Below, in pieces: positions 35,043-45,624 of a stretch of DNA of 64,000 nucleotides. This DNA comes from a virus. The stretch is taken from IMG/VR virus record IMGVR_UViG_3300028569_000020, positions 1 to 64,000 of that record; one strand, given 5' to 3'. The notes beneath the pieces were generated by a model that worked only from the letters and a program-made list of their open reading frames with translations, was not told where the DNA came from and made no database searches. How positions within the stretch are numbered: the first letter of the stretch is position 1; each line of letters begins with the position of its first letter. A program made the position numbers and the translations under genes.

Positions 35043-36539
35043 ATGGCAGCACCAACAATTAAATTCAAAAGGGGCTTGCAAGCAAATTTGCCTGCGTTGG
35101 CAGCTGGAGAACCAGCATTCGTAAGCGATGAATATAATTTTTACTTGGGTCTAGATGGCAACGCTAACACTAACAAATTTTTTGGTAGTTCTAGATATTG
35201 GGTAAAAGAGACTGCTTCGGTTGGGCAGTCTGTTAAATTGCACTCAAAAACTGGTGCTGGCGGCGGCGGCAGTGTTTTATTAAAAGCTCCAGATACATCA
35301 GCAGTAGATACTACATATACTCTTCCTGCTGCTCCTACAGAAAATTATTTTCTCAAAACTAATGCTAGTGGAGTCCTTACGTGGGCAGAAGTTGTAAGTA
35401 ACTTAACTATTGCAGCTGATAGTGGCACAGCGGATAGTGTCAACACAGGAGAAACTATTACGTTTACTGGTGGAGAAGGTATTGATACCTCAGTAACAAA
35501 TAACGTAATTACTATTGCTGCAGAGTTAGCAACTAGTGCGAATGCTGGTGTTGCTACTTTCTCTGCCACAGACTTTCTGGTTACTGCTGGAGATGTAACT
35601 CTTGTACACGAAGCAGTTCAAGATATCGTTGGTGCCATGGTGGTCTCCAACTCCGAATCTGGTATTTCTGTAACATATGATGATCCTAATCATAAGTTAG
35701 ATTTCAACGTTGCTGATTTTACCGTTACTCTTGCTGGTGATTTGAGTGGTAGCGTAACTATCACCGATCTTGCCAGTGGCACTCTAACAGCAACAATCGT
35801 AGCAAATTCAGTTGCTCTTGGCACTGATACAACTGGTCAATACGCTTCTACAATTAGTGGTGGATCTGGATTAACCGCAACAGATGCGGGTGCTGATGAT
35901 GCCACTGCTTACACAATTGCGGTTGGTGCTGGTGAAGGTATTACAGTTAATGCTGATGACGTTGCTTTAAAGAACGGCACCAACTTAGTAAATAATACTG
36001 TAATCGGTTGGGACGATACTAATAATCAATTAGTAAACTCACCAGTTACTTACAGTAGTAACGATGTTGCGATTGCTGGTGACTTAACTGTTACTGGTAA
36101 CGATATTAAATCAAGTGGTGGCACAACTGCCCTGACTCTTTCTGGAGCAAACGTAACAGTCGCTGGTAATCTCACGGTTTCTGGTAGCACAACTACTGTT
36201 AACTCAACCATCACAACATTTGATGACCCTGTTTTAGAATTGGGTTTGGTTTCTGGTAGTGCGCCTACGACGGCAACCTCAATTGACCTTGGTTTGAGAT
36301 TCCACTATTATGATTCTTCTGCTAAGACATCTTCGATGTTTTGGGATGGAAACGCTGGATTTATCTTTGTAGATGCTACAACGGAAGCTGCTGGACCACA
36401 ACTAACAGGCACGTTGGCACATGTCCAACTAAAAGGTCTTTGGATGGGTGCTTACGGCACCGCAACCAATCAAGTTTTGAATAATAACAGCGGCACCTTC
36501 GAGTTAATCAATACACTCGTTGATGGCGGTACATTCTAA
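35043..36539 (+). CDS. Tail fibre-like protein with an Mtd-type N-terminal domain
   Basis: IKFKRG..ANLPALAAGEP; Thr/Gly/Ala-rich repeats. Confidence 0.75.
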   Translation: MAAPTIKFKRGLQANLPALAAGEPAFVSDEYNFYLGLDGNANTNKFFGSSRYWVKETASVGQSVKLHSKTGAGGGGSVLLKAPDTSAVDTTYTLPAAPTENYFLKTNASGVLTWAEVVSNLTIAADSGTADSVNTGETITFTGGEGIDTSVTNNVITIAAELATSANAGVATFSATDFLVTAGDVTLVHEAVQDIVGAMVVSNSESGISVTYDDPNHKLDFNVADFTVTLAGDLSGSVTITDLASGTLTATIVANSVALGTDTTGQYASTISGGSGLTATDAGADDATAYTIAVGAGEGITVNADDVALKNGTNLVNNTVIGWDDTNNQLVNSPVTYSSNDVAIAGDLTVTGNDIKSSGGTTALTLSGANVTVAGNLTVSGSTTTVNSTITTFDDPVLELGLVSGSAPTTATSIDLGLRFHYYDSSAKTSSMFWDGNAGFIFVDATTEAAGPQLTGTLAHVQLKGLWMGAYGTATNQVLNNNSGTFELINTLVDGGTF

Positions 36540-36555
36540 ATATAAAGAGTAAATT

Positions 36556-36777
36556 ATGTCAAATGATGTTGAGATTGATTACGCTTCATTAATTCAAGTT
36601 TATCAAAAACGATTATCGGATTCGATACAACAAAATATTATTCTGGAGACTAGAGGTAATATTCTAACACAGACAGTAAATTCTCTCAGAGAAAAAATTA
36701 CCGAGTTAGAAGAAAGTAAATCCACTAGTACAACGAAGAAAAAAACAGTAAATACTGTTTCAGAAGACTTTACATAA
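36556..36777 (+). CDS. Small coiled-coil protein
   Basis: ORF track. Confidence 0.7.
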   Translation: MSNDVEIDYASLIQVYQKRLSDSIQQNIILETRGNILTQTVNSLREKITELEESKSTSTTKKKTVNTVSEDFT

Positions 36778-36818
36778 AGTCTGCCCTCCGCTAAATAGCA
36801 CCACTGAGAGGAAGCCAT

Positions 36819-37349
36819 ATGGCAGCACCTAAAATTAGAATTAAACGTACTGCTGTACCTGGGAAACTTCCTGAGGTGGGGCAGCTTGACTTAGGTGAAC
36901 TAGCCATTAATACTTTTGAAGGTAAGTTATTCCTCAAGAAAAATCGTGATGGCGTAGAATCGATTATTGATGTTGGCGGTGCTACTAGTCTCGCTGGCAA
37001 TAGTGGCGAATTTCAATTCAATAATAATGGAGCATATGGTGCGTCAACCAATTTGTCTTGGGATGGATATTATGTAACTGCGACTAATTTAAAACTATTG
37101 GGCACTCTGACTGCTAGTGGCAGCACAGGGTCAGCGGGTAATGTTCTAGCAACAACAGGAGCTGGAGTTCAATGGGTTGAGATTCCTGGTCTTGCTTTGT
37201 TTCCGACTGGCGATTACAATGCCAACTCAAATCCTAATAATCCGCTTGAAAACACAGTGGATGCTTTTGGTATATCTACAATTGCGTTTTGGGATTGTAT
37301 GGGACCAGAAGGCAAAATATATCAAGTTGATTTAGAAACTACAGTATAA
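36819..37349 (+). CDS. Short fibre-like protein with an Mtd-type N-terminus
   Basis: IRIKRTAVPGKLP...LGELAINTFEGKLF; QFNNNGAYGAS. Confidence 0.7.
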   Translation: MAAPKIRIKRTAVPGKLPEVGQLDLGELAINTFEGKLFLKKNRDGVESIIDVGGATSLAGNSGEFQFNNNGAYGASTNLSWDGYYVTATNLKLLGTLTASGSTGSAGNVLATTGAGVQWVEIPGLALFPTGDYNANSNPNNPLENTVDAFGISTIAFWDCMGPEGKIYQVDLETTV

Positions 37350-37366
37350 TATTATAGGAAAAAATA

Positions 37367-38839
37367 ATGGCAACCCAAGTACAGTTTAGAAGAGGCACGG
37401 CAACACAAAATAATAATTTTACTGGTGTTGCTGGAGAGTTATCAGTAAATTTAAGTAACTATTCTCTTCGTCTGCACGATGGTGTAACTGCTGGTGGTTA
37501 TGAAATAGCACGGGCAAATATGTCCAACGCAAATTTCGGAGCGACTGTTTTACCTTCCAGCAATACTACTTACAATCTTGGATCTGCTTCATTTAAATTT
37601 GCTAATATTTTTTCACAAACATTTACTGGTGCTTTAGTTGGCAATGCTGATAGCGCAACTAAATTAATAACAGCAAGAAATATTAACGGTGTTGCTTTTG
37701 ATGGCACCCAAAACATCACCATCGAAGCAGCAATTGATAAAACTCTTACTATCGGTAATGGATTATCGGGCACACTATTTGATGGTAGTGCTGATGTAAC
37801 GGTTGCTATTAAAAATGGAGATAATCTTTCACAAAATAAATTAACGAAGTGGAATGATACAGATAATCAATTTACTAATTCTATTATTGATGATGATGGT
37901 GCTTTAGCAACTGTATCTGGCAACTTAACTATTACTGGAAATTTGCTTGTTAGTGGTCTTACTACTACTATTAGCACAACTGATTTAGCAGTTACTGATA
38001 AGGTAATTATTATTGGCAGCGGCACCACAACAGCAGCAGCTGCTGATGGATCTGGTTTTAATATTGGCACCACTGGCGTAACACTGACATATAATCATGG
38101 TTATACTTCGTGGTCATCAACGGAAAGTTGGAATCTTGTTGAAGGAAAAACTTATAAGATTAATGGCACTACTGTAATAGGGTCAACTGCCCTTGGTAGT
38201 AATATTGTTTCATCCAGTCTAACATCGGTAGGAACAATCACAACAGGAGTTTGGAATGCTACGATAGTATCTCCTACCTATGGTGGCACAGGAGTAAATA
38301 ACGGCACTAAAACGATTACTCTTGGGGGTGATTTTACTCATAGCGGTGCTCATACTTTAGGATTAACAACCATCGCAAATACCAGTTTAACTTTACCAAC
38401 AACTGGCACTCTTGCTACTTTAAATAATGTAGAAACTTTAACAAATAAAACTTTAGATAATCCAACTTTATTGAATCCAACATTAGGAAATGCTGCTGTA
38501 ACTACAGTATTACTTAATGAAGTTGCTGTTTATGCGTCCGCTGCAAACACTACAACAGCAACAACGCAATACACTATTCTTCCTCTTTCTGCGACTACAT
38601 ACTCTTCAGTGGAATATTTGATTCAAGCAAAATCTGGAAGCAACACACACGTATCAAAACTTCTTTTGATACACAACGGCACTGACGTAACAATAACTGA
38701 GCAAAATAGTTTAACATCTGATGTATACTTAGCATCATATTCAGCTGATATTAATTCTACCAATATTCGTCTTTTAGTTACACCAGCATCAGCAACTGCT
38801 ACTACTGTCAAAGTAGTAGCAACTGCTATTAAATCATAA
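37367..38839 (+). CDS. Tail fibre-like protein with an Mtd-type N-terminus
   Basis: MATQVQFRRGT..FTGVAGEL..LRLHDGVTAGG; GNADSATKLITARNINGVAFDGT. Confidence 0.8.
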   Translation: MATQVQFRRGTATQNNNFTGVAGELSVNLSNYSLRLHDGVTAGGYEIARANMSNANFGATVLPSSNTTYNLGSASFKFANIFSQTFTGALVGNADSATKLITARNINGVAFDGTQNITIEAAIDKTLTIGNGLSGTLFDGSADVTVAIKNGDNLSQNKLTKWNDTDNQFTNSIIDDDGALATVSGNLTITGNLLVSGLTTTISTTDLAVTDKVIIIGSGTTTAAAADGSGFNIGTTGVTLTYNHGYTSWSSTESWNLVEGKTYKINGTTVIGSTALGSNIVSSSLTSVGTITTGVWNATIVSPTYGGTGVNNGTKTITLGGDFTHSGAHTLGLTTIANTSLTLPTTGTLATLNNVETLTNKTLDNPTLLNPTLGNAAVTTVLLNEVAVYASAANTTTATTQYTILPLSATTYSSVEYLIQAKSGSNTHVSKLLLIHNGTDVTITEQNSLTSDVYLASYSADINSTNIRLLVTPASATATTVKVVATAIKS

Positions 38840-38874
38840 ATATTTCTAACACTATACGGGGAGAGTGATCCGTT

Positions 38875-39603
38875 ATGGCTACGTACAACAAAGAATTTAC
38901 CGTAAAAAACGGGCTGGTTGTTGAAAATAACAACGCAGTAAAATTAAGCACCAATGTAGGCACACTTAGATTTGTGTCTCTTAAAGCTCCATCCAGTTTA
39001 ACTGGAAATTATACACTAACATTTCCAGTTGATGATGGCGCAGCAAATGAGATGCTCATTACCGATGGTAATGGTATACTTTCTTGGGGAAAAGTTAATA
39101 CCATTAACATGTTACCTAACTCGGTAACTCCAACAATTTTAGAAAATACTGGAGATTTTATAATAAATTCTTTAAGTTTAAATAGAATAAAAGCAACTGG
39201 TGATATCATTATTGACCCAAATAATGATAACGGCGTTACGGGTATAGTGGAGATTAAAGGAGATCTTATTGTTAGAGGCAGTAATAATATTTCTGCAGGA
39301 GCAAGTTATAATATAGAGACACAAGATTTTTTAGCACAAGTATCAGGTAGATACCTTGTAAACACATCAGTATATTCAGAAGATATTACTGTAACTTTAC
39401 CCGTATCTCCTAATGTAGGAAATACTATTTCTTTTGCCGACACGGCAAATACATGGGACGCTTATAATGTTATTTTAGATGCAGGGTTAGGCAAAACATT
39501 TCAAGATAAAACTGGCGATGTAGATAGCCCATATATTTTAGACGTTGCTGGTGTTGCGGTAACAATTGTTTGGACAGGATCATTGTGGAAAGTATTTGCA
39601 TAA
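38875..39603 (+). CDS. Fibre/baseplate-associated protein
   Basis: KEFTVKNGL, YTLTFPVDDG..LITDGNGILSW, ITVTLPVSPNVGNTISFAD. Confidence 0.7.
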   Translation: MATYNKEFTVKNGLVVENNNAVKLSTNVGTLRFVSLKAPSSLTGNYTLTFPVDDGAANEMLITDGNGILSWGKVNTINMLPNSVTPTILENTGDFIINSLSLNRIKATGDIIIDPNNDNGVTGIVEIKGDLIVRGSNNISAGASYNIETQDFLAQVSGRYLVNTSVYSEDITVTLPVSPNVGNTISFADTANTWDAYNVILDAGLGKTFQDKTGDVDSPYILDVAGVAVTIVWTGSLWKVFA

Positions 39604-39615
39604 GTAAAAAATTAT

Positions 39616-39641
39616 TATAAATACTTTTGACAATATAAATA
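39616..39641 (+). promoter_or_regulatory. Two T4 late promoters TATAAATA
   Basis: 39616-39623 and 39634-39641. Confidence 0.7.
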
Positions 39642-39675
39642 AAATTGATTTAGATAACTCATACTGGGGTTTTAG

Positions 39676-40341
39676 ATGGCACTTTATTTAAGTGAATCAC
39701 AATCAAGTAGTTCTGGCGGTGGAGGTGGAAGTATGTATTCATACTTCAATACTTCAAATCGATTTACTTTTCATGCGCTTTCAAGAAATTCTGATGGTAT
39801 GTTGGTTTACACCAAAACAAACACAGCGGATACAGATTCTATTGACGTTTTTAACGTTGATGGTACGCAACAATTAGATCTTATGAATGCAATTGACAAT
39901 GTAGTTGAGGTCGGTGCTGTACAATCATTATCATTCATATCTGGTGGTATTCCAGTTGATACTGATGCTAATGTTACTTATACAGTGCTTGATTTAACAG
40001 GTAATGCAGATGGAGAAGGATTAAATTCTGGTGGTGGGGTAGGATTAAACTTATTAATCACTAGAAATTCATTAGGATTGATTTCAAACATTGAAATTCA
40101 TAATCGTGGCGCTTTTTTCAGTCCAAATGAAACGGTAACTGTTTCATCTTCTAAAATTAATGACGTTACAGATTTAACTATTCAAGTTAAGACAATCGTT
40201 AAATCTTTCAGTAATGATGAAAACAATGATAAATACCAACAGTATAAGTTTGATGCAAGAAAGATAACATATTTCGTTGATGACGAAGGTTATTTTGTTG
40301 CTAGATTTGGCACTTACGATTATACTGTAGGACCAAAATAA
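39676..40341 (+). CDS. Hypothetical fibre-associated protein
   Basis: ORF track. Confidence 0.75.
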   Translation: MALYLSESQSSSSGGGGGSMYSYFNTSNRFTFHALSRNSDGMLVYTKTNTADTDSIDVFNVDGTQQLDLMNAIDNVVEVGAVQSLSFISGGIPVDTDANVTYTVLDLTGNADGEGLNSGGGVGLNLLITRNSLGLISNIEIHNRGAFFSPNETVTVSSSKINDVTDLTIQVKTIVKSFSNDENNDKYQQYKFDARKITYFVDDEGYFVARFGTYDYTVGPK

Positions 40342-40401
40342 TTGCCAATCTTGGCACAAACGTTTTTCTATCCAACACGGATTCAATAAGGGAATTAAAA
40401 A

Positions 40402-43400
40402 ATGGCTGATTTTAGACTAGGTAGATTAAAATTTAACTGGAGAGGTTCATGGGCATCTTCTACTGCCTATGTAATTGACGACATTATTTCCTTTAAGGGA
40501 AATACCTACGTCTGTGTCGTTAATCACACATCGGCATCATCTCAAACATCCTGGGCATCCACAGATTTAAATATTGCCACACCAAGATGGCAGTTGCATG
40601 TCCCTGGTGTACGGATAATGGGATTGTGGACAGCAAATACATTTTATGCAGTAAATGATTTGATTAGTTACGGAGCAAATCAATATCTTTGTGTTACTAA
40701 CCATACATCAGCTGCAAACGAAACTTTATTCTATTCAAATATATCCAACTGGTCTCTTTATACTTCGGGAATAACGTATAAAGGAGATTGGAATTCTAGT
40801 GTGTGGTACAAATTGAATGATATAGTTAAATACGGCAATACTTTATATTTAACCATATCATCTCACACATCAGGAATTTCGTTTGATTTAACAAAATTTG
40901 GTATTTACTTAGAATCTATTAAATTTGAAGATACTTGGAATGGTGGTGGAGAATATCAACCAGGAGATATTGTAACCTTTGGTGGTTATGCTTACATTGC
41001 AAAAACTATTAACACTAATAGGCAACCAAATATCTATAATGTATCTACTGCTCCAGGTGGAGGACCCGCTATAGCAGATTGGAATATTGTAACAACTGGT
41101 TTTGACACCAAAGGAGAATACAATAATTCTTCAATCTATGTTCCTGGTGATCTTGTGCAATTTGGTGGCAACACTTATGTAAAAATTGCTACTGGTGCAG
41201 CTGGTGTTTATCCAACAAACACTGCTGCATGGGATCAAGTTGGCCGAGGTTTAAATTGGAGAGGTCCATGGACTTCGAGCGCAATATATCAAGTTAATGA
41301 TGTCGTTTCTAAATCTTCTGCTAGTTGGGTTAACTTAACTGCTCACAATACTAACATCGATCCAGTTGCTGACGGTGGTGCTAATTGGCAAGCAGTTGCT
41401 CAAGGAGAATCAACATTAACTCTGCAAGATCCTGGAGATATTCTTTATAGAAATGCTGCTGGTGCTAACGTTAATTTGCCAATCGGCACAAACGGAAAAA
41501 TTTTAACTGTATCGGCAACTGGTTTACCAAATTGGGAAAGAAATAATTCATGTGCTAATGTTTTTTACGTAGCAACTGATGGTGTAGATAGTGCATCATA
41601 TGGTAAAAATATTTCTAAACCATGGTCAACTTTAAGATATGCATTATCACAACTTCCAGTAGGAAATACACATAATGTAAATACAGTTTATGTTAAGTCT
41701 GGTACTTATGCAGAGCAACTTCCATTAATAGTACCTCCATATACTTCCATTATTGGAGATGACCTTCGTTCTACAATTATCAAACCGATTGCAACTGGAG
41801 TAGCATACACAACTCCTTTAGCGGTTACTCGTGTTGACGCTAATACATTTACAGTTAATTCTGGACCTTCAAATTATACTGGTGCACACACATTTGTAAG
41901 TGCAATCACAAATGGTATAACAAGAGGTGCTGGTACAGCAGCTGCTGTTTCTGGCACAATTACTGCATTGAATGCAACTTACAATCCAACATCTGGTCTT
42001 GTAGCAATTACATCAACTGCACACGGATTAGTAACTGGAAATACCGCATTATTTGCTCCAGATTGCTTAGTATTCAAATGTGCTCGTGATAATTACACAG
42101 CAAATCATAGTTATCCATCATCTACTGGTATGTCACTTGACTCAGTGCCAGTTGAAAATAGATTCTCTACTATGTTTTATGTTTCAGAATCTACTATTCT
42201 GAGAGATTTGGTTATGACAGGAATGGAAGGATTCACTCCTGCAGGAGGAGTAGATGCTCCTGATATTACTCAAGCAATTGTCAGAGGTGTATTCTTACGA
42301 CTTAATCCTAATGTGCCAATTACTGGCAAATCACCATATATTTCACAATGCTCTGCATTCTCTGGTAGACCAGCAGGAAGCGCAACATATTGCACAGGCG
42401 GTGTCGGAGCAATTATCGACAAATCTGTCTATGGATCTGATGTATCAAACGGATCAATGCTGTTTGATTCCTTTACTCAATTCAATGATTTGGGAGTAGG
42501 ATTCTGGTGTAAAGATCAAGGTAATGCAGAAATTGTTTCTTCCTTCACATATTATTGTCACGTCGGTTATACTTGCACAGGAGGCGGAAGAATTCGCTCT
42601 CTTGTTGGTAATAACTCATGGGGTAACTACGGTGCTGTTGCTTCTGGATTCGATACAACAGAAACTGCAGTTACAGGTACAGTTAGAGGGCAAAGACTTA
42701 ATTTTGTATATGCAGAAAACAGTCCATTATTTAAACAGACTGAGCAAGTTGCTCAAAGCACTTTCGGATCTGCAGATTATGCACTTGCTTTAATTTTATA
42801 TGTGCAGTCGAATTATTTAATTATAGAGCCAATTACAGGTACATTTGCAAATTCTAAACCAATTACAGGAGTTGGCGCAGCAGGTGTTGTTCCTTCTTCA
42901 GCAGTTGCTACAACCGCTGCTGGTGGCGCTACACCTGCTTTAGAAGGTGTTAAGGGTAAAATCTTCCCACTAACTAATCTAGCGGTTGTGGGTGGATCAG
43001 CAGTGCTTCCAAAGATTACTGGCGCTACTAAATTCTTAAATGTATCTGGTGCTTCGCAATATAATGATAGTGGATATTTTGTTATTAAGGAAGTAGTAGA
43101 TTCTTCAACTGCAACGAATATTTTTATCTCTAATCTAAGACAGTTTGATGTGCCTGGTACTCATCCTACTTCGCTTAATATAGCGTCGATGAGTAGATCA
43201 TCTAACGTTGCAACCATTGTTTGCTCTGCATCTCATGGTATGACTACTGGTGACAAAGTTGTTGTTACTATTGCATCTGCTGTTGCTACTGCTAGACAAT
43301 TTGCTACTGGATATGATGCATCAGATAACGGAATTATAAAAGGAATTCTTGGTGGAGTTTTACAAAGAACTACTGTAACCGTTACTACTGGTAATACATT

Positions 43401-45585
43401 TACTTATTCTAATACTGGAAGTGACATTACAATTGCAAGTGGAGATGCTAGACTTACTGATTCTAAGGTTTATAGATCTAATAAAACTGGAGGAAGCACT
43501 CCCTCATTACATTCTGGTGGTGCAGCAGTAGATCTTTATAATGTTTCTTCTCAAACTGGTGTTTTAAACAAAGTTGGTACTTCTGGTCTCGCTGGTGGCG
43601 ATACTGAAGTTTCATTTGATGATGAAACTGGTCCAAATTTTCTTGCTGCCGCATCTGCTGGAGCAAATAACTTTTTACTTATTGATAATGAATTATGTAA
43701 TATTACTGCTGTTGGGGCATCAAGTATTACTATTACAAGAGCTCAACAAGGAACTGCTGCAGCGCAGCACGTTGACGGTAGCATAATTTTCTATGTAACA
43801 AAAACTTCAAACAGCACTACTTTACGAGGTGACGTTGATACGGCAACATTAGATGCTCCGTTATTCTCAATCTCAGGATTTGATGCTAACGACATTGTAA
43901 AAATTGATAATGAATTTTTCCGTGTTACTTCGGTAAATACACCACTGGTTGGTAGAGCAACAATTATTTTCTCTCAACCAAAAAATATTATTACTAATAA
44001 TGGTCAAGGAGTAGAAATTCGTTTGCGCTATTCACAAGTGCGTATGACAGGTCATGACTTCTTGCAAATAGGCACTGGTGGTAAATCTACTACTAATTGG
44101 CCTGGCACACCAATAAATACGCCAATACAAAATAATGAAGTTGTAGAAAATTTCCCTGGAAGATGTTATTATGTTTCATCTGACCAAGATGGTAACTTCC
44201 GAGTTGGTGAATTCTTTACCGTTGAGCAGGCAACAGGTACTGCAACACTTGATGCTACTGCTTTTAACTTAAGCGGTTTGTCTTCATTACGTCTTGGCAC
44301 ATTAGGTGCTGAGTTGGGAGTTTCTATTAATGAATTTTCTTCTGACATACTGTTAGGCGCTGATTTCTCTAGAGATTCTGCGGTGCCAACTCAGCTTGCT
44401 GTTAAAACTTATGTAGACAATCAAACTGGTAGTGGTATCTCAAGACTTGCTCCAAATCTATCTGTTGCTACAGCAGCATCAGTTGGCACTACCGCCACAT
44501 TAACTACTTTTGCTACGCACAATATTTACCAAGGCGATATTGTTGTAATATCAGGAGCAGCTCAAGCAAATTATAATGGAACGTTTACAGTAACGGCAAT
44601 CAATGTTGGTGCTAAGACAATTACATATACCATGTCTGGTAGTGCTTTGTCTCCTGCCACAGGAACCATTAACATAGAAAGAAAACAAAAAGTAGTTTCT
44701 GATCTTAATATTGTTGGTGAATTTAATATTAGACCAACTTGGAATACTGCTTCTAGCACTCAAGCATTATTAATTGATGCAACTAACACACTATCAGGTG
44801 CTGGCACTACATTAATTGACGCTAAAGTTGGTGGCACAAGTAAATTCTTTGTTGACAAAGATGGAAATGTTACCGCTGGTGGTAGTTTAACTGTTGCTGG
44901 CACGACAACTACTATTAATTCAACTGATTTATCAATTACAGATAAAATAATTATTGTTGCAAGTGGAGCAACAAATGCTTCTACAGCAAATGATTCTGGA
45001 TTACAACTTGGATCAAGCAACTTAAGTTTCAAATTTGATAATGCAAACAGCAAATGGAATCTACCAAACGCTGGATTAAATATAGGAGGTACGTTAGAAA
45101 TTAGCGGCACCTCTGTATTATCATCTTCAACACTTGGATCTGGTATTCTTAATTCATCACTTACAAGTATTGGCACTTTATCTACATTAAATGTAACAGG
45201 TAATTCTAAGATTGCGTCTGTAACAGAAAAAACTGAGATTAGAGCTGCTAGTCAGAGTGGCACTCAAACATATAGTTATAATGATGCTGCTATTTTCTAT
45301 CATCCTTCAGTTGGTGGAAATATTACTGTAGCACTAACTAACATTCCAACTGATGCTTCTAAATCACATTCTGTTGCAATTGTCTTTACCCAAGGTGGCA
45401 CTGCATATAACATTTCTACTGCGGTTGGTGTAAATGGAGCATCGATTACTTGTAAATGGAGCGATGCTCTGCAACCAACAGGCACTGCTAGTAGATCAGA
45501 TGTTTGGAATTTTACAATTATCAACACAAGTACAACTGCCACACCTAGTTACACTGTGATTGGATCAAAATCCACTTTTGGTTAA
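40402..45585 (+). CDS. Long tail fibre/spike protein, 1727 aa
   Basis: MADFRLGRLKFNWRG.W; about six (W/Y)-x5-Y-x3-D-x-(V/I)-x-(F/Y)-G carbohydrate-binding-like repeats; beta-helix-like core. Confidence 0.8.
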   Translation: MADFRLGRLKFNWRGSWASSTAYVIDDIISFKGNTYVCVVNHTSASSQTSWASTDLNIATPRWQLHVPGVRIMGLWTANTFYAVNDLISYGANQYLCVTNHTSAANETLFYSNISNWSLYTSGITYKGDWNSSVWYKLNDIVKYGNTLYLTISSHTSGISFDLTKFGIYLESIKFEDTWNGGGEYQPGDIVTFGGYAYIAKTINTNRQPNIYNVSTAPGGGPAIADWNIVTTGFDTKGEYNNSSIYVPGDLVQFGGNTYVKIATGAAGVYPTNTAAWDQVGRGLNWRGPWTSSAIYQVNDVVSKSSASWVNLTAHNTNIDPVADGGANWQAVAQGESTLTLQDPGDILYRNAAGANVNLPIGTNGKILTVSATGLPNWERNNSCANVFYVATDGVDSASYGKNISKPWSTLRYALSQLPVGNTHNVNTVYVKSGTYAEQLPLIVPPYTSIIGDDLRSTIIKPIATGVAYTTPLAVTRVDANTFTVNSGPSNYTGAHTFVSAITNGITRGAGTAAAVSGTITALNATYNPTSGLVAITSTAHGLVTGNTALFAPDCLVFKCARDNYTANHSYPSSTGMSLDSVPVENRFSTMFYVSESTILRDLVMTGMEGFTPAGGVDAPDITQAIVRGVFLRLNPNVPITGKSPYISQCSAFSGRPAGSATYCTGGVGAIIDKSVYGSDVSNGSMLFDSFTQFNDLGVGFWCKDQGNAEIVSSFTYYCHVGYTCTGGGRIRSLVGNNSWGNYGAVASGFDTTETAVTGTVRGQRLNFVYAENSPLFKQTEQVAQSTFGSADYALALILYVQSNYLIIEPITGTFANSKPITGVGAAGVVPSSAVATTAAGGATPALEGVKGKIFPLTNLAVVGGSAVLPKITGATKFLNVSGASQYNDSGYFVIKEVVDSSTATNIFISNLRQFDVPGTHPTSLNIASMSRSSNVATIVCSASHGMTTGDKVVVTIASAVATARQFATGYDASDNGIIKGILGGVLQRTTVTVTTGNTFTYSNTGSDITIASGDARLTDSKVYRSNKTGGSTPSLHSGGAAVDLYNVSSQTGVLNKVGTSGLAGGDTEVSFDDETGPNFLAAASAGANNFLLIDNELCNITAVGASSITITRAQQGTAAAQHVDGSIIFYVTKTSNSTTLRGDVDTATLDAPLFSISGFDANDIVKIDNEFFRVTSVNTPLVGRATIIFSQPKNIITNNGQGVEIRLRYSQVRMTGHDFLQIGTGGKSTTNWPGTPINTPIQNNEVVENFPGRCYYVSSDQDGNFRVGEFFTVEQATGTATLDATAFNLSGLSSLRLGTLGAELGVSINEFSSDILLGADFSRDSAVPTQLAVKTYVDNQTGSGISRLAPNLSVATAASVGTTATLTTFATHNIYQGDIVVISGAAQANYNGTFTVTAINVGAKTITYTMSGSALSPATGTINIERKQKVVSDLNIVGEFNIRPTWNTASSTQALLIDATNTLSGAGTTLIDAKVGGTSKFFVDKDGNVTAGGSLTVAGTTTTINSTDLSITDKIIIVASGATNASTANDSGLQLGSSNLSFKFDNANSKWNLPNAGLNIGGTLEISGTSVLSSSTLGSGILNSSLTSIGTLSTLNVTGNSKIASVTEKTEIRAASQSGTQTYSYNDAAIFYHPSVGGNITVALTNIPTDASKSHSVAIVFTQGGTAYNISTAVGVNGASITCKWSDALQPTGTASRSDVWNFTIINTSTTATPSYTVIGSKSTFG

Positions 45586-45624
45586 TAAACATTCAATATA
45601 ACTACTATACGGAGAAATAAAAAA

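Noticed and set aside
35043-38839. Diversity-generating retroelement, suggested by the Mtd-type N-termini
   Set aside because: No reverse transcriptase and no visible template/variable repeat pair in the window
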